A stretch of 64,000 nucleotides of DNA. Origin: Neoechinorhynchus agilis. Taxonomy: Eukaryota > Animalia > Acanthocephala. Location of the stretch: assembly GCA_051530055.1 (NCBI GenBank), contig CM121341.1, positions 5,992,784 to 6,056,783 on the forward strand, given 5' to 3'. Under the pieces are notes generated by a model. It searched no databases, was not told the origin of the DNA, and was given only the letters and a program-made list of their open reading frames with translations. Every line of letters begins with the position of its first letter. Position 1 is the stretch's first letter. Of this stretch, positions 37,554 through 50,900 are shown piece after piece. Position numbers and translations under genes: made by a program.

Positions 37554-38900
37554 AAATTTGAACACTTTTCAACACAAGGAAGTTTGCTTCTCGCAGCGAT
37601 CAATATTCTGAGGACGGAGTGGAATGAATTTCATTTACGCCTGAGATAATTGCCCATCACTAGACGCGCAATGGAACGAGTGAAAATGGATTACGTTTTA
37701 TCCATAATCGTTCAATTAAGACCTGAATACATAGCACAACAACAACAACTGTTCAATGGCAATATTTTTGAACCCATTACGGTGTCCTATTTTGTAAAAA
37801 AAAGAGACAGTGCTGGCAATAATTGACAATCTCCCAGGAGTCTTTATCCGTTGCTTCGTGGTGCATAGAAGGAGCGCGATTAATCTTTTACCTTGTCAAT
37901 CTTAATGAGATTTCCCAGTCGAATTCTCGAAGAAATTAAAATGGGTAAAAGTCAGAGGAACTTTCAATTGAGACCTTTACGAAACCAGATTATTGCTTTT
38001 GTTCTTCGTAATAGCATCTAGAGGGACCGTGATTAAGTCAGCACTTCGTATCGTGGTGCTACTGTGCTTCTTAAGACTCTTCTAAAGCGTTTCAGAGGAC
38101 GTGTCGAACAAAAATAACGCCGGGCTAAAATTGTGGACAAAAAAAGAGCTCCATTCTAGGAGAACTATTTTAATATTCTTACAAAAACAAATAAGCAAGA
38201 TGTCAATGTGTGAGCACTTAAGTATCGGAAAAAAAGAAATCAAATACGACTTTACTGTGTACTAAATCAATCGTTTTGTTCGCAAACGCCTTTTTTATCA
38301 CAATGCTACGCAGACTGAGCGAAAATGCTCCGTATTCAAACAGAATTCTCCAACGTTTTTTAATGTCATGTAAAAATTAAAAGAATTTCGTTAGCTTTTA
38401 TCACAAGGTTATGATGCCTCGTCAAAAACAATTGGAATCAATAAATTCTTTTAATTATTTAGGCCATAAACACTGGAGGATTCTGTACTGAAACATAGAA
38501 TATTCTCAATTGCGATTCGTAATATTTTTAGAATTGTTTACAATATCTTAAAGACCACTAACTATTTCTGAATTTACTGATCATCCTTCCAGAAATTACA
38601 AGCAAGCACGGCCCGATATCTGAAAATAAATTGAGCCATCTCATGGCGATACGTTTCTTTACATAGAGAAGTTTAATCTATTAATCTTATATGAAGATTC
38701 TAGCCCTGAGATTGGAATATTTATCTTGACTGCAGTCTCAATTTTTTTATTCACACAAAACTCTAATGGGTTTTCAATCGCAACTTACAGATGATTGCTT
38801 TGAATGTATAACGAACTGCAATACGGATCAACTCATTAGCCCGGAAAATGATTGAGCACTTACCGAAAGCTCTCATTTCACCAATCGTACAAAATCACAT

Positions 38901-39515
38901 TTAATCGATGCATTTAAGCGTAAGCGATTCTAGTAATAATCGAAAGCACCAGTAGATTTCTGAGCACTTCATAATTCGTGAATTTTCCTTCTGTGTCGTG
39001 GAAACACTCGCCTTGATCCCCTGTGTAATCAGTGAATGAATTTCATTTGCATTAATGCCATTTTCGTTTCCTGGTCCTGGTTTTGTAACGCATTCAAACG
39101 CCTTTAAGCAGAAACAAAGAGTGGCCCCCACGAGTTTTTTATTTGTCGAATAATTTTGTGCTAAGTAAAAAGCACGGCGTTTTCCCAGTTGCTTTCCTGG
39201 ATAAATAGAGCAAATGTCAAGCTTAATTAATTTAAGGATAGTAGATAATCGGAATGTCAGCGTATCCTTCACATGTCTTTTCTGCGTCTGAATTTTACTT
39301 ATTTCGCTAATTAATCGTTTTATTATAAATCCTTTCAGAAGATTATAGTGCTGTGAAGTGGTCAAAAGTCGATTTGAATAAATGTTTAAATTACTAATTT
39401 TCTTTCCATACTTTTCACATCCTTTTCTACATGCATAACATCGTCCAGGATGATCGATATCTTCAATGGTGTTGACTTGCTTGTGATTTTTTAACGAATG
39501 ATCGTCTTGGGTCAT
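38901..39515 (-). CDS. Unidentified 204-aa basic ORF
   Basis: Long stop-free frame in AT-rich DNA; no recognised motif. Confidence 0.3.
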   Translation of the reverse strand: MTQDDHSLKNHKQVNTIEDIDHPGRCYACRKGCEKYGKKISNLNIYSNRLLTTSQHYNLLKGFIIKRLISEISKIQTQKRHVKDTLTFRLSTILKLIKLDICSIYPGKQLGKRRAFYLAQNYSTNKKLVGATLCFCLKAFECVTKPGPGNENGINANEIHSLITQGIKASVSTTQKENSRIMKCSEIYWCFRLLLESLTLKCID

Positions 39516-40149
39516 TTATCATCTTTCATTTATATAGCCTTAAAGTTTTCGTTGCTTAGCAACACGTCTAAAGAACACTTTGTGCAGATAAAAGGGACGG
39601 TTCATTATTTCTTTCAAATGGACAAGTTTAGTTTTTTCGAGACACTTCAATACCATAAGTCGTTTGAAATGCTGTGCTTAAATTTTAATATTTTTTTCAG
39701 ATCATTTAGTTTTTTGATAAAATTTACAAGTCTTAGAAGATAATGTTCTGTGGAGCTGCGGTTTCGCCATCGACCTCTTTGCTATATCTGAAATCAAAAA
39801 AAATTTGGAAATTCTCCGAGATCCACGAACGTTTCCATCCCGAAGTCTTCGATTTATAGGCAAAGATTAGATGTTAGGTCCTAAAAAAATCAAACGAGCT
39901 TCTTTTATTTGTTCTTTGAAAATATTAAAGCATCACGAAACCAAATTTAAAGACTCTTAATTGAAAATGTTCTTACTGCCATCAAAAAACGTCTTAATAA
40001 TAAATTTAAAAAAAACAGTGTAAACGACTTTCGAAACTGCAGACAGTGGGCTAATATTTGGTGTAAGCTTGGAAAAATTAGACAAATTTTTTAAAAAGTT
40101 TAATTTGAAGCAATACTTGCATTAATCTTGACATTGAAGTTAAACTTTA

Positions 40150-40260
40150 ATTCTGGTTATTACATCCCGAGCCCTCGGTTTTCGGCATGAATCCACACAT
40201 CGATCTCTATGCCGTTGCTTCATGCCAAAAACCGAGGACTCGAGATGTAATAACTAGAAT
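40150..40260. repeat. Fold-back (MITE-like) element with about 42-bp inverted arms and a 27-nt spacer
   Basis: TTCTGGTTATTACATCCCGAGCCCTCGGTTTTCGGCATGAA (40151-40191) versus the reverse complement of 40219-40259: 4 differences. Confidence 0.9.
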
Positions 40261-43200
40261 CGAAATAATCCGGCTTACCAGTAACATTTAAGAATTAAAC
40301 TTTAATTGCTTTATTCGGTTCAAAAGATTTTTAATTTTCATATTACGAAAATTGCTGATGGCAACTTTCTAGGCAATTTACGAAACCACAATCGTGAATG
40401 GTCCACTCACGTTAGAAACGTTGATTGCTGGTATGGCGAGCAACTTGTGCAAATGAAAAACTCTGAAAATTGTCTTAATCTTCTCTGATCGAGTCACTCA
40501 TCATCCTTGGCTTAATCAATTAAATGATGAACTCTGCATCTTTAGCGGTTTCGAGGGCCCGTTCAATTTCATTTAGCTGTAGTTTTTGTACGTGTATCGA
40601 GTAATAACCGACGAACGAAGCTACGAATATATCAATCCTTTATCTTCTAAGATCGCTGAGTGATCAATATTTTCTGATGTACATTTGTGTGCGACTTTTA
40701 AGTGACAAGGGAAGATTGACAAATGCTTGTAGCAAGACGTCTGCATGGATCCCAACAAAATTATTATTAAGTAATCCTACATTCATCTTCGTGTTTGACA
40801 ATACAGCTTTTATATTTATACGCATAATATGGCCAATACCAATGAAGAATGGGATGAGAACTTTGGTATAAGATTAATAGCAATACTGTTCGTAATGAAG
40901 AGTTGATTCTCTTATTTTTCAAAAATAAAGGTAGTATTGGCGAACAAGATGTGTTCGTTCAAGCTTAAGTTTGTTATTTTAAAACAAAAAAAGATCCGTA
41001 TAAACCCACAAGCCAAGAAAAATCCTTCACAAACGCATTCTTAATCACGGAAACCATCATTCAATTTCAAAACAGACAATCTATAGCAGATCGACATTTA
41101 TGTCCGATATTCCCTACCTTTTCGAGGTGTTCTAATTAAAGACTGGTCTACATCACTTGGATCTCCCATATTTTGGTACTTTGTTCGAAGCTTCAGCTGA
41201 GAAACAATTTTATCCTAACCTAAATAACCGTTTAAACATTCTCGATGAAAAGATTCCATATCTACCTAGTTACGAATTATTTAAAATTCAAAAGGCTTTA
41301 ATAATTGCATTCCTGTAAGCAATTACGCACCAATCATTGTTCCGTTTCAATGAAACTACATTACCAATAACTTATAATTGCCATCATATTCACTTTCTGC
41401 TTTACCTTCCGACGACGACTAACGAATTTATTCGATCTGTTCGCTTTGTACTTTTTAATACCATGGGAATTTCTTAGATTAGTTTTTGTAAAGATGGCGG
41501 TTTTCAATTGCAACTTCGACCTTTTCAAATGAAAAACGTTGAGCGATTCGGTTTGATTTATTAGGAAATAAACGTACGAAAATGTACAAATAATGCGACG
41601 CACCAAATCTCAAATGAGGCCACTTCCTGGTGGGTTCAAGTTTGAGCCCTTTAGCATGCCGATTCAAACTAGAAATTAAAACTCTTTTCAGAATGCCCAT
41701 CACTTTGAGAGTTTCTAATTGTCTACTCCATTTTCCTTTTAATGACTGACAACGACAGCATAGACTTCCGATATAATCTTTGAGTGCAATAGATAGCAAA
41801 CCACAAAAAAGTTGCGTTTAGGACACTGATGCAAATAAAAAAAGTATCAGTCATACTCATCAATCACAGGTGAATATTAGCGTAACTTTTAGATCCGACA
41901 CCCGGTTAAGAAAACTTTAATCCCATTGGCCACACCTGCACTGATCCGTCACCACTAGCCGAATTTATGCTTTAATCAAATGTGTATTATAGCCCCCGTC
42001 AAATCGATATCTTTATCAAAAGTTCGTTGTTTATCGTCATTTTTACACCGAAGATCAAACAAGTCAACTACGGATATTCTAAGCAATTCTCGAAAAACAA
42101 ACTAGGAAAGCATCAGTGTTAGGCACATTTATTTCATTTGTCTGATTTTTGGCGCCGTCAAAATAACCGGCATGAACAATTAGAAGTAAAAAACCAATTT
42201 GTTTTAGTGATTTTGTCGATGTTTGTGTGCATCAAAAAATTAGAATTATGAAAATGCTACAAAACCCTACACAAATCAAAAGAATTGATAGAAATTCTCT
42301 ACATGAATGAAAATCGGAATGTGTGGAATATCTCTGCACTTGTGGTTTAGGAGTGCACTTTGCGCTTCAAACCTATTTTAATGAATGCATCCTGTTGCCA
42401 ATCCAGTTTTTAAACTATACGCTTCAAATCACCATATCACATCGTCTAAACCGCCTCTCGTTGTAGATAGCTTCGTCCGGCAGCTGTATTTAATTTGTCG
42501 GTCTGTCAACCTACTAAAACGCTGGACTCTGATCTAAACTCGATTATGGACGACCTTCAAAGTTGATTTTAGCTGCCCATCTGTAAATTGTTCAAACCAA
42601 TCTTAGTTAAAATTAAGCAGTCCGTGGTGGCGTTTTATGTTTTGACAATCTTTAGTCGCTTTGTGTACTGAAACCTAACTCATCATCGTTATAACAAGCA
42701 ATCAAATTGTCACGGTATGCGATTCTTAAGGACGGATGAAAGGACACTCTTTTTTGTTGTTGCCAATTTAGTGTGCTCCGTGAAAACTCAATTTTCCCAT
42801 CTAAGTCTTCAGTTTTAATCCAAAAAACGTTTCATGCCTTCTTTAATTTGGTAAATATTTCTCATGTCGGACAATGTTCAACTTTTCCCGTTCGTACTTC
42901 CAGTTCCGCGAATTTACTCTTCTCAAAACTAATTATTGGTCACCATCAGAACTTTTTTTAAATCTAGTAAACCTATCCGCAGATTTTCTTCGCATTTTAT
43001 CCAACGATTCCCATCTCAAATTGTTTTATTCTAGAAAAATGAAAACTTATTTTCCTTTTTGTTTGGTTTGAGATACCACTTACAGAAATGTTCCTTCGAT
43101 TTTACCGATAGCAACTAATTGTCCCTGCGAGCAATCAGGCGCGCGACAACTTCTGGTATGTAGCTGATTTCGAAAATTTTCTATCGTCCGCTCTCAACGA

Positions 43201-46200
43201 ATTAAATTACCATTAAATGTTGTGGTCATATGTTCTGAAGGCCTTTATAGAATGTCTATCCAAATGCTTTAGATCTATAAATTCCAAAAGTTTACTCAAA
43301 ATCCTATTAGCTAAATTGGTCATCTTCAGGTCCACTTTTTGGAATCCTAGTTATCTATGTGAAAGTACAAACGCTGCCAACTCTCCTTTAAATTGTTCAT
43401 TTTATCATATACATATAAGAAAGGTCTGAATATTTCGGGTTTCTGTATACGCCTTTGGCCTCTAGAGCCTTCCAATATCATGTAATCACTATTATCTCCC
43501 TGTTACGGAATGACATTTTGAAGGGATCGAATACCGTGTTGGGAAGTGTTTTAGCATTACAAGACTGTATTCTTGACAATTAATGTCAGGAAATGGGCTG
43601 ATTTTAGCAAAAGACATATTAAACGTACGTGAATACATCAACCGTGTTTTAGTCTTTTGGCGAATGCTTTATTGAAACCCCAGTTTTTTTACGAATCAAC
43701 TCTTATCCTTTTCATTACAACTGATAAATTTTGTAGTCAATTTATAGATTATTTCATAATCGAACCGAATACGAATGGTTTGATATAATTTATTAGATCG
43801 TTGCGCAAGCTCCATATTTATAGCATCAAATAATAGTAGAGTAGTTGCGACTGCAAAACAGAAAAGTTTGTATGGAATCTGATATTTTATGCTGATTTAG
43901 TTAATGACTTTACCAGTTAATTTTTAAGACAACTTGTCATTTTCGCTTCAGAACTCAAGCGAATTATCTTTTAATTGTGGACGGGTAAGTACTGCTGTGG
44001 AATGGAGTATGCCAAGTCTGGAAAGAGTAAGCAGCGGGTAGTCAGAAATCTAAAGCGTTGCGTGTTTTGGCACAATGAAGAAGGAACTTTTAGGTTTTTT
44101 ATAGTTTTAGTGAAATCAAAGATATTTTCAGAATCTTTGTCCGAGAATCGAGTGCGTTATTCTTAGTGCCCACAACATATGCACCGAATAAATGTAGCAG
44201 CGATCATAGAAACAATTTTTCTAGTAGTCGGGCTATGACCAGTCTTTAACAAATCAACATTTATAAAATGTGCCTCTGAGAAAGCTTAGTTTGATAGAAG
44301 AACGTTTTCGTCTTGAAGACTAGATAAAATTTGAAGTGCGATTGAACCACAATAGTCACAAATGAAGCTTCTAGAAAGAGAGCTCAATCCAAAATGGATA
44401 TTGTGTTTGAGATACTAGAAGGCGTTTATTGTGTGGATTTCTATTTTTTTCGTCTGGTAATAGATAACCACGATATCTAAGGATTACTCAATATTCCGAA
44501 GAGTGCATTAACGTCCTGTCTTATATTCAATTTTGATATCATGACCGTCTGTCCTTGCGTCGCATTGGTTCTCTTCAATAATTGTATTAAATTCAGGCAC
44601 CTTGGCAACATCGATCTGTAAGTACACTGCCACTGTCAAGGACCGTCTGACACAGTTGTCAGAGATGGAAGCGAATCGCTCTTCCAAACAAATTCATTAA
44701 CACTTCACCTCATCTATGCAATGGCGTGGAGAGTTTACAAATTTATCGCCTCTGGGGTTTTTAAAGGTTTCCTTTTTCTAATTCAGATCTAAAGGATAGG
44801 CTTTTTCTGCTTACATTTAGAGCTTTACGATTATCTAAACGTACGATATTATGATGCTCGTGTTTGATTAATCGGTTATCCAAGCAATTTAGAGCTTATG
44901 GCTTAAGCTGCCCGGTACAACAACGATTAAGTTACCCACCTGTAGGTCACATATTCCGCGGTGACTGGAATTGAGGTCTCTTATATCTAAATCGAGTATT
45001 AAAATCCCACAGGATGCATAATGGCTGATATTTAGTGTTATCCTGATATCCAAAATTGTAATATTTGGAGTCCAAGTTGAAGGTTTGCAATTAGGTTCGC
45101 GGAAACTTCATCAGATTGGCCGATTGTAGGATGAGGTGGTCTCCAGATTTGTTTACCTTCTTGTTGGCAACAAGGAACACTCTAATCAATTGTTATTATT
45201 GACCATGTAATCCGACTTTCAACACCAGACATTTTCACAAATGGACGGATAGACTACACAGGCAAGTTGAGATTGTAACACCTCGGCGACTCTGTTTCAG
45301 ACTTTATAGGAATTGTGCATTGGGATCACCTTGGTTGCCCATCATCATCATCGGTGAGCTGTAACAAATAGATAAAATTGATTAAACTCCCCTGTATACA
45401 GTCGCTTATTTCCGCACTTAACCTTCTTTTAAGAATACTGCTTTATAGAAATTTTTGGACGTAGTGAATTCAGTTATATACAATACAATAAACCACTTAC
45501 TTCAAATCAAGTAATTTCGTTTCGAGGTAAGCTTTTTGGTCACCTTCACGGGATAAATGATCAAAAAGTGTTCAATTGCTTTTATTGATATTAGAGAATA
45601 TTATTGCCGATATAAATATATCTATCAACGTTAATTAAAGGTGCTCACGTGCTTTATACTTTGAGCGAATGGCCCTACAAAAACATTTTCGATCATGAAA
45701 TTTAAATGTTTTAGAAATTAGTCGTCATTTTATGTTGCCTATAACCACACGAATGTTCATTTTTGATCGAAACGATAGCTAGTTCTAAACAATTTGTTCA
45801 ATTGTACCTATGCAATTGATACTTCACATTAACCGTAAATTAAGCTATTTCATAGTTCGCTTATTACGACAAAGTTTACGTATCCCTATATTTTCTCAAT
45901 CATCTTAAATTCTTTTACAAATGGAACAGTTGGAAACCCTTAGGGAATACTCGAAAATATTTTAATTAGATGCAAACGGTAGATAACTTCAAGTTGGCGT
46001 TAGCTTTTGAAATGCATTTCATTAATTAGTTGCGCAATCCAATCTCTTTGATTACCTCAATTCGATTATCAATCAGGTTGAATTTTGAGCAGGGTGTTAT
46101 ATTTTTCTTTAACTCAACTGCTCTGAAATTGCGCTTAATTTTAAAAATGCGAAAATGAGCTGTTTATAATTATAGGCTCATATAGCCGACACTTTGATCA

Positions 46201-46389
46201 TATTTCCTTAATTGACAATATAGATTATTTAATTATGCATGCCGTGTTTTGAACTTGCCAGGATATCTAATAATTAGGCCATATCGTCTATTTTACATCG
46301 ACTGGCTCTTCCAACCGTTGCAAATTTGCGTCCAGTCGCCCCTTTCTCATTATTTAATTAAACGTAAAAGATTAATCGAGTTTTTCCCT

Positions 46390-47000
46390 GTTCGCAAATA
46401 ATGTCAAAGTCCGAAACTAGCTACAGATTTTACGTAGACCGTTGTAACAAATGAAGTCTTTGTAGAAGATCTTAGACAAGTGTGCATATTGAGATATTCC
46501 AGTTGATACTGGATGGCATTTCGCTTTCTTCATATCATCAAGAACACTGTGCAGTATGAGTTGATTGATTACAGGATCCTGATTTAAGATAAGATCAAAG
46601 GTTTCCGATACTAAAAGTCATCCCTGTCTTAATATAGGATTGCAGCTGATTTGCTTTTATTGCTTAAATCGAAGATATGATAGGACTTTTGTAGAGTGCG
46701 TAATAAAGGTCTCATTCAACTGGGAAAATATTAGGAAATAGGATATCTTTCTATTTAGTATCTGATTTTTCCTTTCGCAAGATGACACCTATCCCTTTAT
46801 ACTTCATCGATGACTGTATTGTTTCTACACTTAACTCCACCATTACCGCCGCAGCAGATCTATCAAGATTGTTCTGGTGATATTGTTAAACGCATGTTCG
46901 CATATCGGTAATGACACAGTAGCTCTCACCTCTTTTCCCAAATCGATAGGACGAACCAATCCAACTCTGACGTTTATAGTTTGTTGACACCAGAATCCCC
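46390..47000 (-). pseudogene. Possible highly decayed non-LTR reverse-transcriptase relic
   Basis: Broken frames give ITDMR/HAFNNITRTILIDLLRR (D..KAFD..-like) and CHPVSTGISQYAHLSKIF (GV.QG..LSP.LF-like) in the expected order; many stops. Confidence 0.3.
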
Positions 47001-47982
47001 CACACACGCCTGAAACTATCAGACAGTCTTTGCTCTTGGCACTTTCCCTTCACATGCATAATCTTTAAATGACGCTAGCCCCGGGGTACCTTAAATTCAT
47101 GCTTCTGAAGAAAAAAAGACAATGATTGCAAACAAATTCGGATCGGCGTGCCAACCATCTGGTTCGCACCAGAAGCCTATAATTGTCATCCATAGTTTAT
47201 TGTCCCTTTGTCTTTTCTATCGAGCAAGCTTGTGCCTCCGGGCGCGGGCGAAACAGCCTCTAAATGATGTTTCAAACGCTAAGAAATCATTAATCTCGTT
47301 GTAGGACAAGTTTAAACTTCTGCAGTGAAGTTTATACACCTGGATATCCACTTGAGTACAGCTTTAAATGGGTACGAACTAGTTCCGAAATGCTGCAAAA
47401 AATAATCCCGTTTTATAGTGCATCTTCGCAACCATTTTTTGAGTCCTCGTAAAGAAACACGATTTCCATGTAGATCAATCCAATTATATTCTGCTCGCTA
47501 ATGATCACCTATCATTATTGAAGAGTGCTTTCAAAATCCCATTACACAAACAACGCCGCTCTTTTTATTGCTCCGCCGGGAACCACGTCGGACGCTGATT
47601 GGCTGAAATTCGTGCCTGTGATCTTTTTAGCGTAAAAGGTGAGAGGTGCAGGGATCAATCAATTCGTGCGGGTTGCCTAATTCCTTTATAAGATCACATT
47701 CTCATGTTTCTATAACGAAGATCATTAACTGGGTTTTTCATTGACTCCCAAATACACAGTCATCAAAATGATTAATTAATCCGTCTGCATCGCATGGAAA
47801 TTGTCAATACTACTAGCCATGCACGGACTCGTCGGCCAACACATTAGCGATAGAAAGATCACATTAAGCTCGCCACTCCTCCACATTGACGCTGTCCTCA
47901 CGTTGATCAAAATCAATCCTCACACTTGCCTTGGTGACCGCGCCAAACACTTGAAATCCTCGTAATTTTAGAACCACACATA

Positions 47983-50900
47983 ATGCTTCTTCTTCTCATC
48001 ATCACCATGATAAGTTCTAGCTCATGCTATGAACTTAATTCAACAAATCACGACATTGAAGCACCTATAAAGTCCGTCCATCTATTGTTGGATTCTCAAA
48101 TACTCGTTCACACCCACACGAACGAGTTTTTTGTCGTGAAAGGCGCAACGACTCGATTTTTACCCTCGACCAATATACAAGGATCCGTTCAACCAGTTGA
48201 TTCTGCTGGACAACAACTCCTATCTTGCACTCAACAAAAGTCAACAATGACATGCAATCTTCTAATTCGAGAATCAGATGGAATTTTCGTTGCCCAAAAA
48301 GGATCTTTTCGCGTGGATTCACCTGGTGTTTTGTACGGAATGGTGACTTTTCTTAATGCACCACATCTTTGCATTGCACAGTCTCTGCGGAATATTCATT
48401 CAACATTTAATCTGCCAATGTTCAGCTGTCGGACTCTTCAAACGGACGGAAATGCAAATGACGAGAGTTTATTTAATTTTCTTCACATCCCACGCTTTGG
48501 AAATGGCTTAAAGTTGAGCGAAAGCGCGGTTCGCCCTGCGGGAGCGCTGCCACCTTCGTGTTCGGACTATTCGCAAATTGATTTTATTGGACAATTCAGT
48601 GATCAGTTCAATATGTATTTCTTATCAGTAGAGCGCCAAACGACATCACCAAAACCTCATGCTATTTCTATTAGTCTTTATAGAATGTGTAAGGATGAAT
48701 TGTCGTTATTGCGAAAACTCATCAGAGTTCCGCTAGAATGGCATCCAATGCTCGAGGCTAAAAAGGTCACAGAGATTCGTCGCGAAAACAATGATCTTTT
48801 AGGATTCAGTATTGTCACTTCAAACTCTCAAATGTGTTTTTATTCAATGTTGGATGTAAATGAGGTGATATATCAGACGAGGAAACAATGCTTTAAGTAT
48901 GGGAATACGTCTCGTGGATTGTGCATTCTAAAAGCCGACGAACAATGTCATGCTGTTAAAGGATGGAATGAGAATTTGGAAGATTGCAATAATTGTGTTC
49001 CGGATCAATATGATCTTCCTTATCCACTTGGAGGCAAAAAACCCGTTCCTTTAAGGACGTGTATTGATTTGGAAGCTGGTGGATTCGACGATGTGATTGT
49101 TTTTTCGTTTGACGAACTTGAAATGAAGGTTATTGTAACTCTCGAGGTTTTGGATACATTGTCCCGAATTAACCTTCTCTATTTCACTTTTAACCTGGAT
49201 GAAATATTTCAGAATTCCAGTATAACAATCGACGATAAAGTGAACGCAAAAGTGCTCAAGTCGCGCAAATCGATAATTTTGGTTGGTCGTCGGAAGGTCT
49301 ACAGGATTTGGTTGTGTAAATGTGCTGATCAGCGGAACCAAGTAGAATGTAGTGGGCAATTGAAGTGTACATGGAGTTCAAAAGTTCAACGGTGCCTGAT
49401 CAGTTCTGGGTCGATTTCTGATATTATGAATAGGTCACCATCGGTTACTGCGACTACTAGTAATGCAATAACTCATTTCAAGCGTGATTCACGGTCTCGG
49501 GATAATCTAATCAAAAAAGTCCTTCCAGCTGTTATCCCAGTTAACGGCACTAGGCTGATTATTGATTTGTGGCATCCTGTTCTTTGGCCGAAACACAATC
49601 TGCCAAATGTCATGGTAGATGGCAAGCAATGTGATAAAGTGCAGTTTATTCACAGGACCAGGTAAGTTGACTCTCTCAATGTTATCAGTGTACACACCCC
49701 CCTAATACCATTTTAAGGATAAGTTGCCATTCTGGCACTATCAATATGGCCGATAATACCACATCAAACGTTGCATATGTTAACCTCACTATTAAAGATC
49801 GATCGAGTGGATCTTATCTTAAAAGTAAAGTGCACACATGGACACTATTAGCGACGGTATGAGTTGAGATTAAAACGCAAAACAAAAACCTCATTTTAGA
49901 AACCAACAGTGAACGATCTAACGCCTAAAAAGTGCATTGCGTCCGGAGGGTCGACGCTCTCAATCTTCGGAAATAATCTCGACATTGGTTGGAGAGCTTC
50001 AATTACAATTGGCACAGATACCGCCTGTAGCATTATTAGGTGAGCTCACAAGGAAAAGCACAATCCCCCGGGTATTTTAAGAATCAAGAAAATTGACCTA
50101 CCAAAATAACGTATAAAAACTGTGACATCTCTCTTCTTTTTTAGCATATCAAGCAAGCTTATCAAATGTCGAATCGAACACACGAACATGGCTATTGACC
50201 AACTTTCGATGGGGATGTTTCAAGACGTACAGATCATATTCGATAATAACACCCGTATCACAATGTCATCCGCGATTTTCGTAGTTCCTGATCCAATAAT
50301 CGACGAATTCAAACTAAGTGAAGGCAATGGCGGCTACATTGTTAGTATTCGCGGTACTTATCTCGATGCAGTTCAAAACGTGGCTATCCGGTTGGGAAAA
50401 AACAAACCATTTCTTCATTGTCCATCGATCTTGAGAATTCAAGATGGAAATAGGAACACTGACTTGACTGAGATACGATTTTCTCCGCTTATTCCATCCG
50501 AATGTCTGGCGCAAGATGCGAAAAGCTCACTTAATGTCACTGTTCATCTAGACGCACATCGAGTATTTCACCGATTTTCCTCGATGGAGCGGCAACATTC
50601 ACCAACGTTCCGCACTAGTCCCGACAAAGGTAAAAAATTCGGTCAACCTTCGTACACAATAAGTAAAGAATCCAACGGATCGAAACTTTGTCTCACAACG
50701 CCTTCTACGAATATTCGATCAATCGTATGGGATTGTGAGGAATGTAAAATCTATTCTTCTGATCCAATTTGCTGCCATAGGGGAAAAGGCCAAAGCAGAA
50801 AATGTTCTAGAACTGGCGTCTATGTGTATTTGTCGAAAATCAATCCTAACATCGATAATATATCAGTTGCATATGCAATCAGACACCTATCGCCAGCGAT

